From an uncultured Ignavibacteriales bacterium (GTDB lineage: Bacteria; Zixibacteria; MSB-5A5; GN15; FEB-12), in NCBI GenBank assembly GCA_964612145.1, contig CAZTBP010000013.1, forward strand, positions 1-64,000: a stretch of DNA of 64,000 bases. The letters are read 5' to 3'. A program made the position numbers and the translations under genes. Positions 28,118 through 38,172 of this stretch are shown here, in pieces (position 1 is the stretch's first letter; each line of letters begins with the position of its first letter). Under the pieces are notes generated by a model. It did no database searches and was not told the origin of the DNA. It saw only the letters and a list, made by a program, of their open reading frames with translations.

Positions 28118-29839
28118 TTACCCGAACACGCCCGAGATCCCGAGCGTGATAATAATCGTAATCAGTACTCCGGCCGCAACCGCAACATACAACCACACCG
28201 GCGCCTGCTTGGTCTTCCGGGGCGCCGCCGGCGTCGACTCGGTCCTGCGCCGGGCGTCCTCTTCACGCCGCCGCTCGAAATCCTCCCAGTCCAGCAGGAA
28301 CTCTTCGGCACTCGCGTATCGACGCGTTACCCGGATTGCCAGCAGACGCGACAGCATCTGGCAGACCTCTTCCGGAAGCTCCCGCCGAACATCTTCCAGC
28401 ACCAGGTTATCACCCGAATCATACTGCGGCAAACGGCCCGTCAACAGCTGGTGAAGAACCACGCCCATCCCGTAGATATCCCCCTGCCGCGACACCTTGC
28501 GTTCCGGCGGGCTGTACCAGTTCCGCTTCTTGGGACCATCGTAGTGAACCGGCAGCGCGAAGTCGGTCAGCTTCACCACATCCTCGGCGTCGAACAGGAT
28601 ATTCGACGGCCTCAAATTCCCGTGCACGATATTGTTCTTGTGCGCAAAATCGACCCCGCCGGCAACCTGCAAAATGATCTTAAACGCCTTCTCCCAGTCA
28701 TACCGCCGAACCATCCGATCCGCAAGTGACCCGCCCTGCGCGTACTCTGCGATTATCACCGTCGAACGACGATCCCCGCCGGCGCCATATATATCGACAA
28801 TATTCTGCTGCTTGAGCGTCGATAGAAGCTTCGCCTCTTTTCGTCCCGCCTCACCCTTGTGATGTTTCTTGATGACATATAACCGCTTGGTCACCCGGTT
28901 TTCAACCAGGATCGTCGACCCATACCGCGTTTCCCGAATAGTATCAAGATAACGGCACTTGCCCAAAAACGACTCCGTCCCCGATACCTTCAACGCCTCC
29001 GGATCCGTCCGGACACTCCCACCGCCTATCGCCTCCAGCAGCGCATCTTTCAACTCCACTGCTGTCTGGTAACGATCACTGCGATCCTGCGCCAGGCACT
29101 TCGACACGATATTGTCATACGCCGTACCCAGCTCGGAGTTAAGCTCCGACGGCAACTTGAATCGGCCCAGCGGCTTCTTTCCGCACAGGATTTCGTAGAG
29201 AATCACCCCCACCGCATAAATGTCGGTCGTCTGGTCGACATTGGCTGAACTAACTTTCTGCTCCGGCGACATATACGACAACGTCCCCATCACCACGTCC
29301 GAGGCCGTCATCTCCGCTTCGGGCGTCCCCACGATCTGCGCGATACCAAAGTCAGCCACCAGCGCATTGGCCTGACGATCAATCAGGATGTTCGCCGGCT
29401 TAATGTCCCGGTGAATCACGCCATTCTTGTGCGCGTAGTCCAGCGCCTTGCATACCTGCACGACCATCTCGATCTTGGTGTGCAGCTGAATCTTGTCCGA
29501 ATCTATGACCTCCCGAAGCGAGGTGCCGTCGATAAAATCCATAACAAAGTAGTACCGACCGCCGGCCTGCCCTTTATCAATAATATGAACAATATTCGGG
29601 TGATTTAGCCGCGCCACGACCATCGACTCCCGCTCGAACCGGCGCACGATATCAGGATCATTGGAAAGCTTGGGCGAAAGAATCTTGATCGCAACATCAC
29701 GGTCCAGCGACTCCTGCCGCCCTTTGTAAATGACCGCAATTCCTCCCTGCCCGATTTTTCCCGTCAGGAGATACGGTCCGATCTTGACGACCTTTGGCGT
29801 CGCTCCGGCTTTCTTCTGATCTTTAACTGCTTCAGTCAT
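28118..29839 (-). CDS. Ser/Thr protein kinase (Hanks-type) followed by a second degenerate kinase-like domain and a C-terminal TM anchor
   Basis: GKIGQGGIAVIYKG...AIKIL, HRDIKPANILID and DFGIA in domain 1. Domain 2 has NIVHGNLRPSNILF...DFALP, with a degenerate Gly-loop. C-terminal TM is VWLYVAVAAGVLITIIITL. Confidence 0.8.
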   Translation of the reverse strand: MTEAVKDQKKAGATPKVVKIGPYLLTGKIGQGGIAVIYKGRQESLDRDVAIKILSPKLSNDPDIVRRFERESMVVARLNHPNIVHIIDKGQAGGRYYFVMDFIDGTSLREVIDSDKIQLHTKIEMVVQVCKALDYAHKNGVIHRDIKPANILIDRQANALVADFGIAQIVGTPEAEMTASDVVMGTLSYMSPEQKVSSANVDQTTDIYAVGVILYEILCGKKPLGRFKLPSELNSELGTAYDNIVSKCLAQDRSDRYQTAVELKDALLEAIGGGSVRTDPEALKVSGTESFLGKCRYLDTIRETRYGSTILVENRVTKRLYVIKKHHKGEAGRKEAKLLSTLKQQNIVDIYGAGGDRRSTVIIAEYAQGGSLADRMVRRYDWEKAFKIILQVAGGVDFAHKNNIVHGNLRPSNILFDAEDVVKLTDFALPVHYDGPKKRNWYSPPERKVSRQGDIYGMGVVLHQLLTGRLPQYDSGDNLVLEDVRRELPEEVCQMLSRLLAIRVTRRYASAEEFLLDWEDFERRREEDARRRTESTPAAPRKTKQAPVWLYVAVAAGVLITIIITLGISGVFG

Positions 29840-29921
29840 ATTTCGCCCAGCTTAAACAAAAAAACAGGGATGGCGGAGAATCTCGCCATCCCTGTAATAA
29901 TCGGCAGTTTCGCCGGATTTC

Positions 29922-30779
29922 TTATTTGATCAGGGTCATTTTCCTCGTTTCAACCCCCTCGGCATGGACCAACCGGTAGAAATATATCCCGCTCGGCTTG
30001 TCGCCCGCATCAAACTCTATCCGGTGCACTCCGGCACTAAGCCTCCGATCCACGAGGGTCTGAACTTCCTGCCCCAAAATATTAAACACCACCAGCTCAA
30101 TTTGGCCAGCGTGAGGCAGCGAAAACTCGATAGTAGTCATCGGGTTAAACGGATTCGGATAATTTTGAGCCAGGCTGAATTCACCCGGCAACGGCGAATC
30201 ATCACCGTCATTGATATCCAGCGTCATATCAACGTTCACCCCGCCCTTCACGACATCCGGGAAAAGTGACTGGCCTAGAGGATCAGACGCGTTTACCCAC
30301 CGGAAATCCGGGCCAATCCCGCTGATAACCGTATCCAGCGCAATCGAATCAATTTCATTCAGTCCCGGATCAACTGCTCCGCCAACCGTAAACCAAATAG
30401 TCGCAATAACGCCGTTCGGCGAGCTGAGCGCCGGAAGGCTCCCGCCGCTGAAATACGGCAGGATCGAAATCTGGAGCGTATCTTCGATATCCGTCGCCGG
30501 CAAAACCGCCCAGTAGAAATCGTTCGTGATAAAACTGTCATTTACCTGAACGGAGTCAACCTTAATATCCGGATTCGGCTCTATCCACAGCGGAATCTGC
30601 AGCGCCGAAATATCCGCCGTGTTGTCCAGCAGGCGGATCGGCACACCCACCTCAGTGCCCGGGGCGGCCAGAACCGTGTCAACCTGGATTGTCGCCGACC
30701 AGTTCTGCTGGGGCGACTGCGCCAGGGCCAGACTGCTTAACGCTATCAGTGCAAAAACCATTATCGAAATCTGTTTCAT
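29922..30779 (-). CDS. Secreted protein with a T9SS C-terminal sorting domain
   Basis: Signal peptide MKQISIMVFALIALSSLALA. C-terminal CTD LAQNYPNPFNPMTTIEFSLPHAGQIELVVFNILGQEV...GIYFYRL. Confidence 0.7.
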   Translation of the reverse strand: MKQISIMVFALIALSSLALAQSPQQNWSATIQVDTVLAAPGTEVGVPIRLLDNTADISALQIPLWIEPNPDIKVDSVQVNDSFITNDFYWAVLPATDIEDTLQISILPYFSGGSLPALSSPNGVIATIWFTVGGAVDPGLNEIDSIALDTVISGIGPDFRWVNASDPLGQSLFPDVVKGGVNVDMTLDINDGDDSPLPGEFSLAQNYPNPFNPMTTIEFSLPHAGQIELVVFNILGQEVQTLVDRRLSAGVHRIEFDAGDKPSGIYFYRLVHAEGVETRKMTLIK

Positions 30780-31068
30780 AGGTGCGTTCCTTTCAACCCT
30801 ATACCACGTCTCGTTTTCTTTCCTCTGGTGCGCCGCGTGAGTCTGCGGGGCTGTCCAACCCCTGTTTTTGCAAGCGGCATGCCAGCCTTTCAATACGTCG
30901 CCGAGCCGGCCCCGAAATCCCGGAGCCTCTCCTAATCACTTAAACTGTATGGTTTTATACTACTGTAGAACCTTTACGCAGCACTCTTTCTACCAAATAC
31001 TGCATCTGAAGTATCACAGAAAGTATGCATCGGGTTGCGAACCTGCAAACGTCAGCTCTCCAACATAC

Positions 31069-31107
31069 AAAAAAAGGCCGGCCTCATGCAAGGCCGGCCC
31101 AAAAAAA
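31069..31107 (-). terminator. Strong bidirectional intrinsic terminator
   Basis: AAAAAAA-GGCCGGCC-tcatgcaa-GGCCGGCC-c-AAAAAAA. An 8-bp perfect GC stem is flanked by A7/T7 on both sides. It lies just downstream of the minus-strand gene ending at 31127. Confidence 0.8.
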
Positions 31108-31126
31108 TCTCACGTCCGTCAGTCGA

Positions 31127-32569
31127 TCATTCCCAGTCCGTCTGCAAATTGACAAACATCGTCTTGCCCGCCCGCCAGACAAACAGAATCACCTCACGCG
31201 GCTTGGCCTCCATCACAGCCTCCATAGCCAGCTCGACATCAAGCACCGATTCAACACCGGTATTGCCAATTCGCTGAATAATATCCCCGATCCGCAGGCC
31301 GCTGACATCAGCCAGACCACCCATCTCGATCTCGGATACCACCGCCCCTTTGAACTCATCCGGATCCTGATTGGTGATCATATAGTCGGAAAACACCATG
31401 TTGCGGACCTTGAACTCAAACTCCTTAACCTCATACTCCTCGGCATCAGCAGCCGCGATCGGCGCCTCTCCCAGTGTTACCAGTACCTGCAACGTATCCA
31501 CTGTCTCGCCCCCCCGTCGCAGGACTCCCATCTCAACCGAGGCCCCCGGACCCAACTCAGAAATCAGCCGCTGGAAGACCGGCAGTTTCTCTTCCTTGTC
31601 CACCTCCACCGGCTGACCGTTGATCACGTATATGATGTCCTCCACCTCCAGCCCCGCCTGATCGGCCGGCGAGTCCTTCACGACGTCGTTCACGATTATC
31701 CCGCCCGGAACGTCAAGCCCCCAGAACTCCGCCATATCGGTCGTCAACGCCTGCAGCGTGATCCCCAGCCAGCCCCGGTCAATTTCACCCTCGAGCGGCG
31801 GATCGGCAATCAGCTTTTCCAGCCGCTCGGCTGAAATCACGCCCAGCATCGGAATGCCAAACTGCCCGAATGACTCCAGCATTCCCGATGCATCAGCCGA
31901 CCCGGAACCCGGATCCATCAGCGCACCCAGAACCCCTACCGCCTCCAGCTTCTCGTTAAACAACACCGAGATCATCTGGAGTGAATTGAACCCGACCGTC
32001 AGCGCAAACTCCTCGGGCTCCTCAACCAGCGTCGACACCATCCCGACATCAGCCGCGATCGGCGGACTCACAAAGTCCGGCAGGAGCATGTACAATCCAA
32101 GCCACTGCCCCACCTGGAACGTCTGCCCCCTCCGGAACTGAACGTACGGAAACAACTTATCCTCGGCCTTGACGTTCAAAAACCCGATATTCGTATACCG
32201 GTCATATCCGAGATACTCCGCGTCATATGTCTCCCCATCCATCGTAGTCACTTTGATATTGGTTGGCACCGTCTTTACCGAAAACCCACTGAAACTCGGA
32301 AAATCCCCAGCCGCCCCAATCGATGTCGCATCAAAAATCACCAGCCCGCTATCGGCCACGATCGTTCCCAGATACCGCTCGGATTCCTCGTTCGTATGAA
32401 TCCCGAACGATACCTCGAGATCCATTTCTATTATCACCGAGAACTCCTCCACCTTGTCCTGAAGCCGGGCGAAATCAAAATTCTGCGCCTTTGCCGATGG
32501 CGCCACTGCCGCCAGGACCAAAAGCACGACCGCCAAAACAGTTGTTATGATAATCCTATGATCACTCAT
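31127..32569 (-). CDS. Secreted PDZ-domain protein (HtrA-like but without a recognisable catalytic Ser motif)
   Basis: Signal or anchor IIITTVLAVVLLVLAAVAPSAKA. PDZ segments GWLGITLQALT...GGIIVNDVVKDSPADQAGLEVEDIIYVINGQPV and DVSGLRIGDIIQRIGN. No GNSGGP motif. Start at 32569 overlaps the upstream HtrA stop by 8 nt. Confidence 0.6.
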   Translation of the reverse strand: MSDHRIIITTVLAVVLLVLAAVAPSAKAQNFDFARLQDKVEEFSVIIEMDLEVSFGIHTNEESERYLGTIVADSGLVIFDATSIGAAGDFPSFSGFSVKTVPTNIKVTTMDGETYDAEYLGYDRYTNIGFLNVKAEDKLFPYVQFRRGQTFQVGQWLGLYMLLPDFVSPPIAADVGMVSTLVEEPEEFALTVGFNSLQMISVLFNEKLEAVGVLGALMDPGSGSADASGMLESFGQFGIPMLGVISAERLEKLIADPPLEGEIDRGWLGITLQALTTDMAEFWGLDVPGGIIVNDVVKDSPADQAGLEVEDIIYVINGQPVEVDKEEKLPVFQRLISELGPGASVEMGVLRRGGETVDTLQVLVTLGEAPIAAADAEEYEVKEFEFKVRNMVFSDYMITNQDPDEFKGAVVSEIEMGGLADVSGLRIGDIIQRIGNTGVESVLDVELAMEAVMEAKPREVILFVWRAGKTMFVNLQTDWE

Positions 32570-33947
32570 GGAACGATGCCTCCTCCTGGTCCTTCTCAAC
32601 CTTCAGCAAAACAAACCGCGTGGACCCGGTACGGTTGACCGTCAGCAAAACCTTCTCCGCCTCCCCGGCCACAAGATCACGATAGATGGCCGCAAAATCC
32701 GGAAGACTGCTCACCACGGTCTGATTGACCTCCTCAATAACGTCGCGAGAACGCAGTCCGCCCGAACCGGCCGGCCCCGTTCGCTTCACGCCCGTTACTA
32801 TTACGCCCACTGTATCCTCAAGCGTGTTTTCAATCTGCATCTGACGGGTAATCGCTTTGACGGCAAAGCCCCACTCTTTAGCCTCAAAATCCTCACCCTG
32901 CAATTCACCCAGCCGCTTCGTCGTCACCGTCACAGGGAACTTCTGGCCGTTTCGACGAACCGCCAGTTCAACGTCCGTTCCCGGCGGGATCTCGGCAATC
33001 TCGTTATAAAAAGCCGGCAGCTCCTCGATAAACCGCGCCGACACCGGTTCACCATTGACTGCGAGAATGATATCACCCGCTTTCAAAAAGCGCCCTTCAG
33101 CCGGCGAGCCCGGATCAATCGATGCCACCAGCACCCCTTCCCCGGTGTCCGCATCGAAAAAGTTCTCCAACTCCTGCAACGCCTGGGCATGGATACCCAG
33201 CCAGGATCGATCCACCCCGCCGTGATCCAGTATCGCCGCCGTCACTTCCTTGACCACATTGACTGGAATCGCAAAACCGATATTGTTCGCAAACAGCGTC
33301 GCCCGCGAGTTGATACCAACAACCCGCCCGTTTAGATCAACCAGCGGCCCCCCGGAATTACCCGGATTGATCGCCGCATCGGTCTGGAGCCACAGGTTGT
33401 ACTTCCCTGTCCTCTCGCCCGACGGCAACCGCACGTCGGCATCGAAATACCGATCCCGCGTCGAAATCACGCCCGCCGATACCGATCGTGACAGCGAAAG
33501 CGGTGACCCCATCGCCAGCACATACTGCCCGACCTGGATCGAATCGGAATCCCCAAACTCCGCCACGTTCAACGGCTTGTCGTATTCCGATAAATCCAGC
33601 TTGATCACCGACAGGTCCGTCATCGGATCACCACCGACAAATTCAGCACTGACCTGTTCCTTATCATTAAGCGTACAGATAATCCGCTCCGCCTTTCCAG
33701 CTACATGATAATTCGTAACCACATAACCGTCCGCGTGAAAAATCACGCCCGAGCCGATCACAGCCTGCTTCTCGAGCTCTCCGGTGTTATAGTTCTTAAT
33801 TACCGGCTGGATATGCACCAGCGCCGGCAGGACTTTGTCGCGAGCTTCAAATATCTGCTGTTGAATCTCTGCAGTCGGGGGAGCGGCAAGAACGCTGACT
33901 GCCATCAAAAGAGCCAGCAGGACACCCGGTATCTGCCATCTATACAT
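32562..33947 (-). CDS. HtrA/Do-family serine protease with two PDZ domains
   Basis: GNSGGPLVDLNGRVVGINS. The His region is VVTNYHVAG. Signal peptide MYRWQIPGVLLALLMAVSVLAAP. Confidence 0.9.
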   Translation of the reverse strand: MYRWQIPGVLLALLMAVSVLAAPPTAEIQQQIFEARDKVLPALVHIQPVIKNYNTGELEKQAVIGSGVIFHADGYVVTNYHVAGKAERIICTLNDKEQVSAEFVGGDPMTDLSVIKLDLSEYDKPLNVAEFGDSDSIQVGQYVLAMGSPLSLSRSVSAGVISTRDRYFDADVRLPSGERTGKYNLWLQTDAAINPGNSGGPLVDLNGRVVGINSRATLFANNIGFAIPVNVVKEVTAAILDHGGVDRSWLGIHAQALQELENFFDADTGEGVLVASIDPGSPAEGRFLKAGDIILAVNGEPVSARFIEELPAFYNEIAEIPPGTDVELAVRRNGQKFPVTVTTKRLGELQGEDFEAKEWGFAVKAITRQMQIENTLEDTVGVIVTGVKRTGPAGSGGLRSRDVIEEVNQTVVSSLPDFAAIYRDLVAGEAEKVLLTVNRTGSTRFVLLKVEKDQEEASFHE

Positions 33948-34154
33948 GCATTCTCCTTATTATATTGCCATATCGTGACCCTTATAACACGCCGGACCCC
34001 ACTTTGTTCGACCCGGCCGCCGGGGAGATCGTCGCCAGTATAGACCGGCCCGCAAGCCGGCACAAGTTTTTACACCAACCGCCACCTGCGCAAAGAAAAA
34101 GGCGGCCGAAGCCGCCTTCAACACGTCAGCGCGTGTCTGGAGAAGTGGATGGGG

Positions 34155-35012
34155 TTATTTGAAATTGATATCGGTCGAACCCACGCCAACATCCAATCGA
34201 ACGAGTATACGGGTCTCGGCAGATTCGTAATCGTCGGACTCCCAGCTGTCGTCACGATACCGCAAATCCCGGCCGTGCACCTCAACCGAGGACAGAAAAC
34301 CGGCTTCTTCGGCCACAATACGAACCGGCACATCATCGGGCAAGACGATATCCACCGAACCAAAACCAACTTCGAGCACAATCTCCGACTTTCCTCGGTA
34401 TTCGCCCCGGAAATCCAGATCAAAAGATCCGGCCCCGCCTTCAAACTCGAACAAGTCAAAATTGGCGTTGCCAACATCACGCATATCCAGCGAGGCCGCT
34501 CCGGCCTCGATCCGTATCTCCCGAAGACGCGTTTCGTTGCGCCGTGAAAATTCTATGGCCGCCGAGGCCGCCCCCACTTCCAGATCAAGTTTTTCCAGCA
34601 TCAACCCCCCAAGATCAAACTCGGCGTCACAAGCGCCAATCTTTATCTCAATGGCCAACGGATACCGCGTCGACAAATCGATCCGCCACTCGTTCGCCTC
34701 CGTGTCCAGATTCGTATCCTCAAGCATATTGCTTTTGGCCTCAATCCAGCCGGTCCCGTTTCGGACCTCATAGTCAACGTGATACTCAATCGACCGCGTA
34801 TCATAAGTAATATCGAATATCGCAGCCTCGGCCTGATCGCTCGAATTGATCCAGATCTCTCCAGCGCCGAATTCAAGGTCCAGCACGATCCGTTCGGCTC
34901 CGTCCGCATCGACTTTTACCTCCGACTGCTCAACTTCCGCCAGGACCGGAACCGCTCCCAGCAAAAAACCCGGAATCGCAATTAACGTGAATAACTTAAC
35001 GGCTAGACGCAT
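34155..35012 (-). CDS. Secreted beta-rich protein, possible DUF4097/toast-rack-like
   Basis: Signal peptide MRLAVKLFTLIAIPGFLLGAVPVLA. Repetitive beta-strand pattern. It lies in the ECF sigma cluster. Confidence 0.4.
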   Translation of the reverse strand: MRLAVKLFTLIAIPGFLLGAVPVLAEVEQSEVKVDADGAERIVLDLEFGAGEIWINSSDQAEAAIFDITYDTRSIEYHVDYEVRNGTGWIEAKSNMLEDTNLDTEANEWRIDLSTRYPLAIEIKIGACDAEFDLGGLMLEKLDLEVGAASAAIEFSRRNETRLREIRIEAGAASLDMRDVGNANFDLFEFEGGAGSFDLDFRGEYRGKSEIVLEVGFGSVDIVLPDDVPVRIVAEEAGFLSSVEVHGRDLRYRDDSWESDDYESAETRILVRLDVGVGSTDINFK

Positions 35013-35077
35013 CTCTGCCTCCCACTTTAATTACACATGGTTACCTGTCTCTGGAGTGAGTATACGGAAGGATCCGG

Positions 35078-36406
35078 CTATTGTTGCCGGTTATCTTCAT
35101 CGGACTGCGGCCGACGGAGATCCGATGGATCCGGCGGGGCCGGAGGAGGCGGCACCGGACCGGGTGTAACAATCGGTGGCGGCTGTTGCAGCGGCGGTGG
35201 GGCCGGAGCCGGCGGCTCCTCGCGCGTGACTCGTCGATCCGCAAGGGGACGGTACGGATGGAACCCGAACCGGGTCAACAAGGCCGCACCAACGCCGGTA
35301 CACACCGGGAACGATGTCACACAAATAGAAAGGACCAAAAACGCTATTCCAAACCCGTAAAGCACACCCGTCCCGCTGCCAAACAGCAGGATGGTTATAA
35401 TCCAAAGCGAATCCAGCAGAAACACACCCGTTAGAATATGTACAAAGATTCCTATACGTGACTTGAACAGCTTCCGCAGAACGTACCCGCCAAGAAGCGA
35501 TGAAAACGTGATGCACCCCAGCGTGATCGCCGCCAGATACACCAGCGGAACAAACGGCACCAAAATCAATCCTAAAATCGTAATCGTCAGCAGGACAATA
35601 ACCACCGGCAGCAGCAGCAAGAACAACAACCCCACCAAATAACACTTTACCTTGTGCTCTGACTGACAGTCAGCAATAGACTCCAACTGTTGCGGCATCA
35701 CAACCGCAGCTAAAAAGCCAAAGAAAATAAGAAGAATCGCAACCACGACCATCGCGACAATGGCGTCGACTGAGACCGTCTGACGGATCTGGTCAATACC
35801 TATCGGCTCGTCCGTCTCATTCATCCGGCCAAGAACCTCGCCCCCGTCCCGCACAACTATCTCCGGCGCCGTGACGTCCCCATCGACCCGCCCCGATGCG
35901 GTAACCAACACCCGATTGTTGTACGACGTCACGTCCCCCTTGACCCAGCCCCGTACCGTCACCCGGTTATACGCCACCACATCCCCATCTACATACTCAT
36001 CGGCGCCAATGAGCACCGTCCCCTCGATCCCGCGAATCTTCCGCTCCACCGTGGCCCGCTGCTCTACCGGTGTTTCGTCCGATCCGGTCCGGGGCTCGGT
36101 CCGGCCCGGCCCTTCAGGATAATCCAGCAACTCAACGAATACATTGCTCTCAAAATCGTAACGCCACTCGTACCCTGCCGTATCAATGGCGATAACGCCC
36201 CGCTCATCGAGCACTATTTTAGTGTAAAGAAGATCGAAATCGGCAGTATCGGGAATGATGATCGTCGTATTGACACGACCCGGCTCGTCCGCAAAAAGAT
36301 CACTCTCCGACTCAACCGTTTGCGCCACAACCAGCGAACAAAGCAGCACAACTGCCGGCAATAAAGTGATGAGCCAATAACGGCCTGTGCGAACGGCATA
36401 ACTCAT
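35078..36406 (-). CDS. Membrane protein with bactofilin-like beta-helix repeats, TM helices and a Pro-rich C-terminal tail. Candidate ECF anti-sigma partner.
   Basis: Signal-anchor at the N-terminus. Bactofilin-like segment YVDGDVVAYNRVTVRGWVKGDVTSYNNRVLVTASGRVDGDVTAPEIVVRDGGEV. Four TM helices. C-terminus PAPAPPPLQQPPPIVTPGPVPPPPAPP. Confidence 0.5.
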   Translation of the reverse strand: MSYAVRTGRYWLITLLPAVVLLCSLVVAQTVESESDLFADEPGRVNTTIIIPDTADFDLLYTKIVLDERGVIAIDTAGYEWRYDFESNVFVELLDYPEGPGRTEPRTGSDETPVEQRATVERKIRGIEGTVLIGADEYVDGDVVAYNRVTVRGWVKGDVTSYNNRVLVTASGRVDGDVTAPEIVVRDGGEVLGRMNETDEPIGIDQIRQTVSVDAIVAMVVVAILLIFFGFLAAVVMPQQLESIADCQSEHKVKCYLVGLLFLLLLPVVIVLLTITILGLILVPFVPLVYLAAITLGCITFSSLLGGYVLRKLFKSRIGIFVHILTGVFLLDSLWIITILLFGSGTGVLYGFGIAFLVLSICVTSFPVCTGVGAALLTRFGFHPYRPLADRRVTREEPPAPAPPPLQQPPPIVTPGPVPPPPAPPDPSDLRRPQSDEDNRQQ

Positions 36407-36442
36407 AAGACATCCTATGTTGAGCGCCGGTAAGAGAGATGT

Positions 36443-37381
36443 TTAAAACTGGGCTACGGTCACGTCGCCCGAGGAGGTCGTCAACTTTATCCTCGGTCCG
36501 CCGTCACCAAATGCCCCAACCAGCTGAGTCCGCGTGACCGATTTGATGATAATCGGGATATCCGTCTTGATACCGCCGCTGGCCGTTTCCACATCCAGCT
36601 CCCCGGAAGCTGCCGGCGGTATCGCAAACGTTATCTCTCCACTGGTCGTCTCGACAAAAAAGTCACGCGGACTGTCAAGCTCTGTCCGGATATGAACCTC
36701 GCCGGTGTGGGTAGCAATGTCAAGCGCCCCCACAATCTGGTTGACCACTATCGTCCCGGTCGTCGCCTTCACCCGAATGTCACCCTCAATCCATTGAAGG
36801 TCAACATCACCGTGCGGCTGACTCACCGTAACCGGACCAAAAATATACTCCGCCTTGGCCGTTCCGGTTTCATTCTCTATATCCAGTCCGCCCTCAATCG
36901 AGGATACGTAAATCTCCGAACTAAGGCTGGAAATTTTTACAGTCGTCTGAATCGGTACCGTGATCGTATACTCCACCTGGCCGTAAGAATCCGACCCCGA
37001 TCCCAGCAGCTTCTGCCAGAACGAGCGCCCCCGGTTGATCATCCTGAGGTAATTCGTTTGAATCTCCACCCGTTCCCCTGATTCCCCCACCTTGATCTCG
37101 ATATGATCGGCCACTTCCTGCGCCTCGTTGTAGTTACTCGCCCGTACCCGCTTGACCGCATTGATAATGATCCGGTGATCCTCGCCCCCATCAATCCTGA
37201 CCGTACCCCGGACCAGCCGCATATCAAGCGTTACCTGCTGCTTTAGATCGATAATTTTCTGGTAATCAAACGAGAATTCATCGGCCGCGACCTCACGCCC
37301 TGCTGTCAGCAGGACAAGGACAATCAACAGGGCCGAAATCGTGCCAAATAGCCGAGTCATACGGAGACACTCCTTTACCAT
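36443..37381 (-). CDS. DUF4097 (toast-rack) domain protein of the kind commonly paired with ECF sigma factors
   Basis: Repeated motifs of G-x-I/V-x-V with TxSG spacing (VSSIEGGLDIENETGTAKAEY, GDVDLQWIEGDIRVKATTGTIVVNQIVGALDIATHTGEVHIRT, TTSGEITFAIPPAASGELDVETASGGIKTD). N-terminal signal or TM. Confidence 0.55.
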   Translation of the reverse strand: MVKECLRMTRLFGTISALLIVLVLLTAGREVAADEFSFDYQKIIDLKQQVTLDMRLVRGTVRIDGGEDHRIIINAVKRVRASNYNEAQEVADHIEIKVGESGERVEIQTNYLRMINRGRSFWQKLLGSGSDSYGQVEYTITVPIQTTVKISSLSSEIYVSSIEGGLDIENETGTAKAEYIFGPVTVSQPHGDVDLQWIEGDIRVKATTGTIVVNQIVGALDIATHTGEVHIRTELDSPRDFFVETTSGEITFAIPPAASGELDVETASGGIKTDIPIIIKSVTRTQLVGAFGDGGPRIKLTTSSGDVTVAQF

Positions 37382-37386
37382 CCTGA

Positions 37387-37962
37387 TCAGAATGATGATT
37401 TAAGCTTCTTCTTCAGAAGCTCCCGCGCCCGGAATATCCGGGCTTTTACGGTACCAATCGGTATATCCAGTAGATCGGCTATTTCTTCGTATGATTTATC
37501 ATCCTTGTGACGATAGACAATAACCTCCCGGTACTTCTTCGGAAGAGAATCAATCGCCTCCTCAATGCTGAAACGCTGCTCTTTCCGGACCAGATCACGC
37601 TCCGGATGATAGGAATAGTCGGGAACATCAATGGTACGAGACTCGGAATCGTCGTTAAACTGCCCCTCCAGCGACAAAACCTGGATCCGCTTCTTACGCA
37701 AGTGGTCGATGGAACAGTTAGCCGCGATTTTATACAACCACGTGGAAAACCGGTACTCCGAACGGTACGACGCCAGCGACGAGAAAGCCTTCATGAAAGT
37801 CTCCTGCACAAGGTCATTGGCCGTCTCCCTGTCGCGGACTATCTTGAACACGACATGGAAAACGGCTCCCTTGTGACGCTCGGTGAGACTACGGTACGCC
37901 TGCTGATTGCCGGCCAGAGCCTGTTCGATTAACTGGGCGTCGTCGTTTTCCTTCACCTTCAT
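37387..37962 (-). CDS. ECF-type RNA polymerase sigma factor (sigma-70 regions 2 and 4)
   Basis: Region 2 DLVQETFMKAFSSLASY...FSTWLYKIAANCSIDHLRKK. Region 4 LPKKYREVIVYRHKDDKSYEEIADLLDIPIGTVKARIFRARELLKK. The start at 37962 (MKVKENDDAQLIEQALAGN) is preferred over the ORF-track extension. Confidence 0.85.
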   Translation of the reverse strand: MKVKENDDAQLIEQALAGNQQAYRSLTERHKGAVFHVVFKIVRDRETANDLVQETFMKAFSSLASYRSEYRFSTWLYKIAANCSIDHLRKKRIQVLSLEGQFNDDSESRTIDVPDYSYHPERDLVRKEQRFSIEEAIDSLPKKYREVIVYRHKDDKSYEEIADLLDIPIGTVKARIFRARELLKKKLKSSF

Positions 37963-38114
37963 TCCTTCAGAGCAATACGCATGGCCCTCCGGCCGGTTTC
38001 GCCATAACATCGAAGAATATAAAACGGGACAGTCACTTACAAGCGAAAAACTACGGCCGCATTACCCCCGCCGCCGGCCAGACCAGGCATCATCCGAGAT
38101 AGACTACAACCGGC

Positions 38115-38145
38115 AAAAAGCCGGCGCCTGAATCCAGACGCCGGC
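38115..38145 (-). terminator. Intrinsic terminator after the lipoprotein gene 38173..38823
   Basis: Minus strand reads GCCGGCG-tctggattcagg-CGCCGGC followed by TTTTT. Confidence 0.6.
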
Positions 38146-38172
38146 CCGCAGAATTCTCTGTATTCGTGTGCC

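Noticed and set aside
35037-35645. Gly-rich plus-strand ORF 35037..35360 and minus-strand ORF 35097..35645
   Set aside because: They lie within or overlap the Pro-rich C-terminal tail coding region of the 35078..36406 gene. They are low-complexity shadow frames.
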